From NCBI GenBank assembly GCA_965240325.2, contig OZ251226.1, positions 1,860,001 to 1,924,000 on the forward strand: a stretch of 64,000 nucleotides of DNA, given 5' to 3'. The stretch comes from Rebecca billardiae RCC1528 (taxonomy: Eukaryota > Protista > Haptophyta). Shown here one piece after another: positions 32,557 through 40,716 of the stretch. How positions within the stretch are numbered: the stretch's first letter is position 1; every line of letters starts with the position of its first letter. The translations under genes and the position numbers were made by a program. Below the pieces are notes generated by a model. The model did no database searches. It saw only the letters and a program-made list of their open reading frames with translations, and was not told where the DNA came from.

Positions 32557-33189
32557 TTATTTGCGAGGCCTGAGCATCCTGAAGCCGTGAGCCGAGCGGA
32601 CTGGGTGCCCGCTCGTGGCGTCTACAATGTTTGTGACCTGCGCTCGCCTGTCTCTCTGGCTACGCGTGCGACGGATGGCTCCAGTAGGGATGACTGAGGT
32701 TTGCTCCACAGCCGGCTGGCTGCCACCTCTGTGAGTGATCGAGCCCTTGTCATTAAAAACATACCAGTTCCCCTCTGTTTGCCTCCGCACCACCGCCATG
32801 AGCAGAGCCAGGAGCGGCCGAATCTCAGGCCATGGTGCCCCGCTTTGTCGCCACTCTTTATCCCGGAGAGGCTTGACAAAACTGTAGCCTGGATTCGTGC
32901 GAGCGAGAAGCCGATCCTCCACATCTTTGGCCAGGTTGGGGCTCGTCACAAGGAATGCCAGTAGCTTGAAGCTGCCTGCAGCATAGGGCATGCTATGCCT
33001 GTACCCAGCGAAGAGCCTACTCCGAATATTTTTGGTCATTCCCATTTTAAACAGGGGTCTCTTGCCAGCCCATGTTGGGTGGATCACATACACGCCGGCA
33101 ATCTTTTTGTCCTTGTCAGCGAAGCCCGCATTTTGCAGCGCAGCCTTAAACTGCGTATACTCCTTCTTTAGCGGGTCAGTGATACGCAT
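32557..33189 (-). CDS. GIY-YIG (T5orf172/MUG113-like) nuclease-domain protein
   Basis: GVYVI...FKMGMTKNIRSRL...VEDRL...KEW. The ATG at 33189 avoids overlap with the divergent gene at 33212. Confidence 0.7.
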   Translation of the reverse strand: MRITDPLKKEYTQFKAALQNAGFADKDKKIAGVYVIHPTWAGKRPLFKMGMTKNIRSRLFAGYRHSMPYAAGSFKLLAFLVTSPNLAKDVEDRLLARTNPGYSFVKPLRDKEWRQSGAPWPEIRPLLALLMAVVRRQTEGNWYVFNDKGSITHRGGSQPAVEQTSVIPTGAIRRTRSQRDRRAQVTNIVDATSGHPVRSAHGFRMLRPRK

Positions 33190-33211
33190 ATTATTATATG
33201 GCTTATAATAT

Positions 33212-35329
33212 ATGGCGAGCATCTTCGGCCTAGTTTCATCATCATCATCAATCAGCTGGAGTGGCGAGGTGCTCACGTACCCAGCAAGCTCGTCTATAAC
33301 TATCAATTTCGTTCCGCCACTGCCCGATGCCGACCTGAAAATACGGGTTTCCCATCCCAGGCATGTATTCACTGTGACGAGCGCGAGCATAACTCCATCG
33401 AGCGCCACTGTAGTCTGGACAGCAGACAATTATGAGAAGGTCGTGAATCGCCAATATGATCATGAGTATAAGCCCTATTTCAGCGTATATTCTGGTGATA
33501 CTCTACTGACCAGCTTTGATCACACGGGTACGCTATATCATGGATCGATCGAGTCTGGCAATCTGATTACCCAGTCCATTCTCACTGGCCCCACAGTGGC
33601 TCATTTCCCGCTGACCGCAGACCTGGTTGATACCACTCCCCGCGCTCAGAGCCTCGTGCCGGCTGGCACGTTTGCCTTTGCTGAAGACTCCGCGCGCTCA
33701 ACGGCCAATGCGAGCACGCTCACGCTCCAGACACCGGGGCACGACTGGCGGGATTTTAGTGCGGCTTTTTTCCTGAAGGGCTGCCCAGGCCTGAGTAAGC
33801 TCTCACTAGGCGGTGGGCTCTCGTACGCGAGCGCTGAGCTGGACTCGAACATCATCGCTAGTAGCAGTGTCGGCTTTGTAGACGACGTGAGCCAGATGGT
33901 CCCAAGCGGTGTCTGGACACACTTTGTCATCTCGCAGGAAACCACGTCTTTTGAGGCGAATATCGAGATCTATGCGGACCAAACGCTCCTCCACTCTCGC
34001 ACTATTGGCCAACAAACGGACCCGGATTTCAAGCGGATTTCGCTCTACTACCCACTCGTCGCCACGCTTGACGACCAGGCTGCGCTCGCGCAGCTGAGCA
34101 TATATCCATACGCTCTCGATGCGGCCGGCCGCCTGGCGCACGCGCAGTCGTGGCCTGGGTATGTCCTGCGGTACACATGGCTGCTCGATGGAGACTTGCT
34201 CGAGGTGGACGGTGCCGCCGCCGCGCTGCAGCCCACAAATGGCGATTATGTGATGACGAGCGGTTACCTAGAGATGCAAAATACTAGTACATTGCATCTC
34301 GGTCTGAATGAAATGCCCGACATGCAGGGCAGCGAGCGCTTCTCGCTTGCGGCATGGACCTACCGCCCGAATAACACCGATGCCGTTCGCATGTGGCTCC
34401 TCGAGGATGGCGTCACCGACTTCACTTTCGAGATCATCGGTGGCCAGCTGCGCTCTGAGCTGGGCGCGACAGCGTTTCAGGACTTGGCAGGACCGGCACA
34501 TGGAGAGTGGCACCACATTGCGCAAACAGTGGATGGCACCACGTCCAAAGTGTACATCGATGGTGTGCTGGTGAGTACTACCACGCTACCAGCCAGCTTC
34601 ACCCCGCTGCTCAGCATCATCGGGCACAGAACCGCGCCTATGACCGCAGGCGTGCGACTGTATGCCATGACAATCGCGCGCGGGATCATCGATGTGCCGA
34701 CGGTGATGAATTTGTACTCGCCGATGCAAGGCTTAAATCCATTTGCCAGCTGGCCGATGACGACGAATTTGACCGATGATGTTGGCAGCTATGCTTTCAC
34801 TGTATCCAGCGGCACTGCAACGCACACCAATGGCTATGCTGATCTCAGCAGCTCGGTTGTGATGACAGCGCCAGTACCGACGCAGACGATGACGATGTTT
34901 GGGTTCTCAGCGTGGGTTTATGTCGACAACGTCTCAGGCTCATTCAAACTCGAGTGGCGCAATACAGGCTCGAAGGTCGTTCATTTTTACATCTACCGCA
35001 ACGGCGTTGGGAACACCGCGTTTGGGTTCGATATCACAGGGCAGTCTGGTAATTTATACGACCGAGTCGATGTTTTGCCGCTGAACACCTGGTATCATAT
35101 TGCTTGGTCTTATACAGTGGGAGGCAACATGGAGGCCTGGTTGAACAAGGTATCGCTCGGCGTTGAGGCCATGAGCGCCACTGCCGTGGGCGATGTCAAC
35201 GAAATTTACGCGAGCACGCCCCCAAGCGGCGGTCCATTCAAGTGTGCTGCAGTGCGCTTCTACACCGAAGGTGCGATCACGCAGGCCGAGGTCGATCGCG
35301 ACTATGACCTCTTCACGCCTCCGCCATAG
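33212..35329 (+). CDS. Multi-LamG/concanavalin A-like domain protein (candidate fibre or receptor-binding protein)
   Basis: Three LamG-like signatures: GVWTHFVIS, GEWHHIAQTVDGTTSKVYIDG and NTWYHIAWSY. Confidence 0.8.
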   Translation: MASIFGLVSSSSSISWSGEVLTYPASSSITINFVPPLPDADLKIRVSHPRHVFTVTSASITPSSATVVWTADNYEKVVNRQYDHEYKPYFSVYSGDTLLTSFDHTGTLYHGSIESGNLITQSILTGPTVAHFPLTADLVDTTPRAQSLVPAGTFAFAEDSARSTANASTLTLQTPGHDWRDFSAAFFLKGCPGLSKLSLGGGLSYASAELDSNIIASSSVGFVDDVSQMVPSGVWTHFVISQETTSFEANIEIYADQTLLHSRTIGQQTDPDFKRISLYYPLVATLDDQAALAQLSIYPYALDAAGRLAHAQSWPGYVLRYTWLLDGDLLEVDGAAAALQPTNGDYVMTSGYLEMQNTSTLHLGLNEMPDMQGSERFSLAAWTYRPNNTDAVRMWLLEDGVTDFTFEIIGGQLRSELGATAFQDLAGPAHGEWHHIAQTVDGTTSKVYIDGVLVSTTTLPASFTPLLSIIGHRTAPMTAGVRLYAMTIARGIIDVPTVMNLYSPMQGLNPFASWPMTTNLTDDVGSYAFTVSSGTATHTNGYADLSSSVVMTAPVPTQTMTMFGFSAWVYVDNVSGSFKLEWRNTGSKVVHFYIYRNGVGNTAFGFDITGQSGNLYDRVDVLPLNTWYHIAWSYTVGGNMEAWLNKVSLGVEAMSATAVGDVNEIYASTPPSGGPFKCAAVRFYTEGAITQAEVDRDYDLFTPPP

Positions 35330-35350
35330 ACTAAAAATCATGTCATATAA

Positions 35351-35590
35351 ATGAAAGCTTCGACCCGCAAGGGTAAGCGATACGAGTACAAGGGTGTGCA
35401 TTTTGGTGCCAAAGGCGGCAAGACGTATATAGACCATGGCGATGATGCCATCAAAAAGGCCTGGATCGCAAGGCATCGCGTGAATAAAAACTGGAACAAC
35501 CCCAAATCTGGGATTTACTACAGCCGTCATTTGCTGTGGGGCCCGACAACGAGCCTGCAGAAAAACCTGGAGATACTACATGGACGATAG
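35351..35590 (+). CDS. Small conserved viral protein (DUF5754/Tlr6F-like)
   Basis: Pattern STRKGKRY...VHFG...YIDHGD...ARH...SGIYYSRHLLW, recalled from PLV/virophage/NCLDV small proteins; the family name is from memory. Confidence 0.6.
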   Translation: MKASTRKGKRYEYKGVHFGAKGGKTYIDHGDDAIKKAWIARHRVNKNWNNPKSGIYYSRHLLWGPTTSLQKNLEILHGR

Positions 35591-35893
35591 GCCGCCTCCA
35601 TCGGCCGTCTTCAGCGCCGAGTGCGTGCTCAGCTGCATATCTGAATTGCTATCTTCCTTGTTTTGCCGAGGATGACGCTCGCGCCAGAGTGCCTGACGTT
35701 TCTTGAGCAGCTCCCGGTTGCATGCGATGCAGATCTTGGCTCGGTAAACACGCTTGTTCTTGCGACGGTAGTTCATCTCGAGTGCGGGCACGTATTTCTC
35801 ACATGCTTTACAGTGGGCGTACAGGCCCTTGAACTCGGCTGGATTCTCTGGGCCCATGCGACCATCCTCGACGGTCGTGAAGGTGGTCTTCAT
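35576..35893 (-). CDS. Small CxxC-CxxC zinc-finger protein
   Basis: CKAC...CIAC followed by a basic helix; ATG at 35893 is in frame with ORF 35576..35902. Confidence 0.6.
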   Translation of the reverse strand: MKTTFTTVEDGRMGPENPAEFKGLYAHCKACEKYVPALEMNYRRKNKRVYRAKICIACNRELLKKRQALWRERHPRQNKEDSNSDMQLSTHSALKTADGGGLSSM

Positions 35894-35967
35894 ACTTAAC
35901 ACCCCGCAGAAATTATTTAGCCACCGACCACCCGCTCGCCACTATGGCGGTTGGGTGGTGGCTGGCC

Positions 35968-36212
35968 TCGTAGCGCGCAGTGTATCGAAGTGGCGTCTAA
36001 ATTTTCGCTTGTGAAAGCATGGTTTTCAGCGCGAAAATCACCGGCATTTGCCAGTCTCGTTTCGGGCGGCAAACACCGGTGATTTCAGAGGGGCGGGCGT
36101 GATGGAGGGCGTGCGCGGATGCGCGAAAATGACCTGCGAGTGCCGGCCATTTTGTGACGGCGCGGCGGCCGGGGGTAAACTGTCCTGGTGAGTAGGTAAT
36201 ACCTTCTCTCTC
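35968..36212 (-). repeat. Right TIR of the viral element
   Basis: Inverse of 22364-22608. Confidence 0.95.
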
Positions 36213-37619
36213 GTATCTGGCCTAGGAACTGAGACTAGCGATTGGCTGGTTCGCTATACGCATCTAGATCTAGTCACACTAAGAAACCGGGACTACGTCG
36301 CCCGCGGCCGATGAGTGGTCCGCCGAGGGCCCGAGGCGCAGTCCCCGTGGGATGCGGCGCGCGGCCCGACTACGACGGTACAGGCTAAGTCCCGACTGAG
36401 TCTCCTGATGACTGACTCCTGGCCAGTGCACCGCAGCATCCATGCAACATCATGCCAGATTTGCTGCATCAACTAATGGCCCAAAATTTTCTTGGGCCTC
36501 GCCGGCCGGGCCTAAAGACTCACGGTCGGGGGGCTCTGCCCCCCTGCGCCCCCCGCGTCTGCGCGGCGGGCGGACCTAGGCCTAGCTAAGAAACTGAGAC
36601 TCCGTAGGCGCTCGGGCTACCGAACTGCTAAGAAACCGAGACTAGCCGTGAGATCTCTGACTTCTTATTGCCCGCGATTGCCTGTAGACTGACGATCATC
36701 GGAATGCATCATTTATCATTTAATTATGGCCCGCGGTGCAGGGCGGAGCGCGCAGCGTGGAGCCCGCACCAGCGGGCCCGAACCACGTTTCAAAAAGATC
36801 TTTGATCAAGAAAAAAGGGACGGGGGGCGATTTTTAGGGCTGGCGGAGACCGAGTTTCGAGTTTTTGAGATCGCATAGAGAGGTCTATTAGGCCGAAAAT
36901 AACCGCGCCCAGCTGATTCCCTTAAGTAAAGTGCGATCTGGACGTCAGCTGGACGTGACATTAGTGTAACGGTTCGTTACGAGCGCGATTTTGTGGGTAG
37001 ACTCTCGTTCATGTGTGATAGTTTGCCTCCGCCTTGATGAATATGAACTTGGCTTCGCGGCGGTTGGTATCTAGAGTCTAAAACCCGCAAGCCTTATTGA
37101 AAATACCCGCGCAGCTATTCGTTGCCAGCCCATTCCATAGTCACTGACTTACCGAGCTGGCGAGCTCAAAACCTGCCGCCGTCGCAAGCACGTGACGCGC
37201 AGGTTCCTTCGGGGTGGCGAGCGAGCCGCGACGACTCTTGGTCCAAGCCTCCAAGGGGGCGCTCGATGGGCAGGTGCGCGTGGCAAGTGCCGAGTGGCGC
37301 CTGGAGCGCGCGTCTGCGGCGGGTCCCGACGGCCGTCGACATCGCGTTCGTGCCCGCTCACTAGTCACTCCGCACGCCCCTGCCGCGCCCTGTCGATGCC
37401 TGCGCGGCCGGCCGGCGCGCGGCCGCGCCGCCGCCGCCGCAGCCGCCGCCCTGTGTTCGGGCTCTCGCAAGCTCGGGGGCAGCGGCGCATGATGCCGGAC
37501 TGATCGATCTCTGAGTCTCCGACTTCACCACACGCCCCCCTTGCCATGCCTCTCCGCCAGGGTCTCCCAGAACTCTTCTTCAGAGCAGGCGCAAGTCGAA
37601 CTCGGAACTGGCCGCGGCC

Positions 37620-38135
37620 CCGCGCGCCGTCGGCTCCCCGTGGCTGTCAGCTCCGCGTGGCCTGGGCGCCTGGCGTGCCCAGAGCTGGCCGTGCCTCTGC
37701 GACGCGTGCCGAGCCTGACCGAGGTGTGTCACCCCGTGCACGCGCGGCGCGCGCAAGCACCGGTGCTGCATGGCTGCTCGCACCGTGCTCCCTGGCTCGC
37801 GGTCAGTCAGCTCGGCCGCGTGGTGCCTGGTGTGCACGTAGAGTCGCGCTCATGCGTCGCTCACGCCTCGCGCCCGCCTGTCGGCCGTCGCGCAGGCGCG
37901 CAGGTCGAACCCTACTGACCTGCAGATCATCTACTCCTGCGCTGCTGGCGTCGCGGCGACGACGGTCAGCGGCAGGCCCGAACGAACGGTCGAATCCGCG
38001 CGGTCCCGCGCCGTCCGGCTCCCTGGCTGTCAGTCAGCTCCGCCGGTGGCCTGGCGTGCAACAGTCGCGCTCGTGCGTCGATCACGCCGAGTCGCATCCG
38101 CCTGTCGGCCGTCGCGCACGCGCAGGGGGTCAGGT
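37620..38135 (+). repeat. Degenerate ~120-bp direct repeats
   Basis: CTCCCTGGCT...GTCAGTCAGCTC...AGTCGCGCTC...CCGCCTGTCGGCCGTCGCGCA at ~37788-37895 and ~38019-38120; partial copy near 37630. Confidence 0.6.
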
Positions 38136-38955
38136 AAGGGCCGTCTGTGATGAGGGCAGCTCGGCCGACGACCGACATCCACACTCGGCGCACGCCGGCG
38201 GCGGCGCGGCGCTGGGGCGGCGCGCCGCTGGATGGAGTCTAGTTACACGTGTACGGGACGACTGCGACGGAGGGTGCACCGCCACCGCGGGCCCCGAACT
38301 ACGTTCGTTCTACGGAAAAGGACCGCGGAACGCGGTCATATTAGACTGATATGAACAAGCTAGTAGAAGTAAGATCGAAGCGTTATAATATTGCGTGGGC
38401 GGCCACTGACGCCCCAGGCCTGAGCCTGAGGCCAGTGAGGCCACGCCGCCACGCCTGCTTACTGCTGTGACACAGAGTGCACTTACTGCTATGTAACTAA
38501 CACAGTCACAGCCACAGGCGGGCAGACGGAATATAACGACTCAGAATAGTATGGATTAGTGCCGCCTCCCGCCTGGCCCCGGAGTGGCCGCTCGGCCCGC
38601 TGGCGCGACCGGGCGCCGCCCCGGGGGCTGTAGGCCGCGCGTGTAGTGGGTGATAGGTCCACCGGAAGGCGGAAGCGACCAGGCGGGGCTAAGGACCGCC
38701 CCGCGCGGAGGGCGGAGTGGACGGATCAGGACGTCACATGACGGACGGATGCGTCGGCAGCCCAGGCTGATTGCTGAACCCGCAGGGTTTGGGGGCTCCG
38801 GACTGGCTGAGGTGCCCGAGTTCGTGCCTGGAGCCGCCGGTACGTGCAGGTAGATCACTGGCGGTATAATCAACCAGGAACGCACTGAGATCTCAGCACA
38901 TGTGCAGATGACACTTCACAGCCACAGGACCATTCACTGGTGACTGGATGAGAAC

Positions 38956-40113
38956 TCAGAGAAGTGGCCGCGCCGAGCGCTTGCGTTCTTGCCTTTTTGC
39001 AGCAGCGCGTCGCGCACGCTCCTGTCCATGCAGAACGAGGTCAGACAAGCACGTGGTGAAGAGCTCCTCCAAGGCATCGTCTCCAACCGCCAGTGCGGAC
39101 ATATTTACGTGCGTCCATGTCTGCCAGTGCTGCTGCAGCCATCGCACCCCAAACTGGTTTTTGAGCGCGTAGCGATGTGTGCTCCCAAACCCAGCACACC
39201 GATGCTTGGTGAAGCTGCTGAGTGGGTGCACGCGTGCAGCAGGCGTGTTAACCGGGGGCGGCACGCCCACCGTCCACCGTTGCACACCCGCGCGAAGCAT
39301 CTCGGTCGCGAGAAGCAGGTCGTCGTCCCAGTTGTGCGGCCCACCAGGCACCTCGCGCACCAACGCGTCCAGCCGGCTCGCGTTGATGTCTCCGCGCCAG
39401 AACGCAATGCCGCAGAAGCCGTGCAGCATGTCTGCGCCGCGCGCACAGCCCTCCCGCAGACTGCGTGTATACACAGTAGTCCCTCTGTCAGGGTCCACAC
39501 ATTTCCGTGTCATCTGCTCGGCGCACGACCGTTTCGTGCTCCCCAAGCAGAAGCGGTGCCGCGCAATGTTGTCTGCGAAGACGGCGCCCGAGCCACCAGC
39601 AGCATGTCCACGTCCACGCCTCGTGAGCTCGTCCACCAGCACGTTCGCAAACGACGGCGCATATTTGTGGTCGTCATCCACGACCAGCACAACTGTCGTG
39701 GGCTCGCGCTCCACGCGCAGTGTGCACAGGTACTTGTCTGCCGGTCCGGTGTCCTCGCTGAGCTCGAGGCGGTGGAGATGCACGCGGCCGAGACCAGCGC
39801 GGACGGCGGCGAGCAAAGCGGCGGACGGCTCCGGCGGTGTCGTCAGATTGAACTTCGAGCTCCCGCCCAGGGTGACGTGGATGGCGTCGAGGGCCGGCTG
39901 TTGCCCCAGGAGGCTCGCGATGGCGTCTGACGGGTCCCGACCCGGAATGGTGCCGAGCGTGGCGACGACGCGAGTCGGGGCACTGGCGCCGGAGTGATGC
40001 AGCCGTGCGGCGTCCTCTCCAGCCCATGCCATCGGAAGCAGACAGCACACAGCCAGGACAGCACGATCGGCTGATCGTGTGCGCGGACATCGACTACCAC
40101 CACCAGACGCCAT
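38956..40113 (-). CDS. GT-A-fold glycosyltransferase-like protein with signal anchor
   Basis: Motifs VVATLGTIPGR, DTGPADKY, VLVVDDDHKY (DXD), GFCGI and DDDLLL; hydrophobic N-terminus. Confidence 0.65.
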   Translation of the reverse strand: MASGGGSRCPRTRSADRAVLAVCCLLPMAWAGEDAARLHHSGASAPTRVVATLGTIPGRDPSDAIASLLGQQPALDAIHVTLGGSSKFNLTTPPEPSAALLAAVRAGLGRVHLHRLELSEDTGPADKYLCTLRVEREPTTVVLVVDDDHKYAPSFANVLVDELTRRGRGHAAGGSGAVFADNIARHRFCLGSTKRSCAEQMTRKCVDPDRGTTVYTRSLREGCARGADMLHGFCGIAFWRGDINASRLDALVREVPGGPHNWDDDLLLATEMLRAGVQRWTVGVPPPVNTPAARVHPLSSFTKHRCAGFGSTHRYALKNQFGVRWLQQHWQTWTHVNMSALAVGDDALEELFTTCLSDLVLHGQERARRAAAKRQERKRSARPLL

Positions 40114-40716
40114 CTCCAGGATGGCCGCCTGAGGGGCCCTCTGACAGAGGGGGCGCGCGGGGGTATGGGGGACGATTCATTAATTCATACTGTTACAATA
40201 TAACTACTCTGCGGGCGAGCAGCGCGCAGTTTACGCGCCGGGCATTCTGTTTACGCCGGGCATGTGGACCTTGAACCTGCCTACCCTAACCCTTCATCTT
40301 CCAGTAGTTCTTCCCTGAAGTCGGCTGGGGCTCGATCACTAGTGATCCGATCAGTCGACGCGGCGTCGCTGACAGCGCAGGCAGGTGTTTCGGGCGCGGC
40401 TGCACTCTCGAGGTGGCCGGGATGCGACATCCCGGGTGCAGCACCCTCCCCGTGTGGTTACTGTCAGAGCGCGCTCTCGAGCGCGTGCCTCCGAGCGCGG
40501 GGCCGGGCCGCTTGCTTCGGAATGCCGAATGGCCGCCTCGATGAGGTGCGGTGCCAACGGCAACGCGCCCCTCACCTGCCTGCGCCGGTCTGTTTTGTGG
40601 CGGTGTCTTTGTGCAGTGTTGGATGGCGTCAATCATCACGCCTTAACCAAGTGTGCACGTTAAAACATAGTTTACAAACTGTTAGCTTAGTTATGAATAC
40701 AGTGTATGCCCCGCCG

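Larger units (their letters stand above)
22358..36213. mobile_element. Endogenous Polinton-like virus with pPolB and capsid module, no integrase recognised
   Basis: 245-bp TIRs with AG-repeat termini; visibly lower GC than the flanks; dense intronless ORFs for pPolB, A32 ATPase, minor capsid, major capsid, lipase, GIY-YIG and LamG. Candidate 6-bp target-site duplication TATCTG at 22352-22357 and 36214-36219. Confidence 0.93.
22293..36684. mobile_element. Putative Tc1/mariner-type MITE (~530 bp) split by the viral insertion
   Basis: TA|CAGGCAATAATCGCGGGCAAT at 22291-22313 versus ATTGCCCGCGATTGCCTG|TA at 36667-36686: an inverted match with one 3-nt indel and TA on both sides. Confidence 0.5.

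Noticed and set aside
33190-33429. 5' extension of ORF 32557..33429
   Set aside because: Overlaps the divergent LamG gene; ATG 33189 next to an AT-rich gap is more plausible.
36728-38305. Short inverted/direct matches (GGCCCGCGGTG vs CACCGCGGGCC) as the ends of another element
   Set aside because: An 11-bp GC-rich match is weak in this genome, and no target-site duplication was seen.
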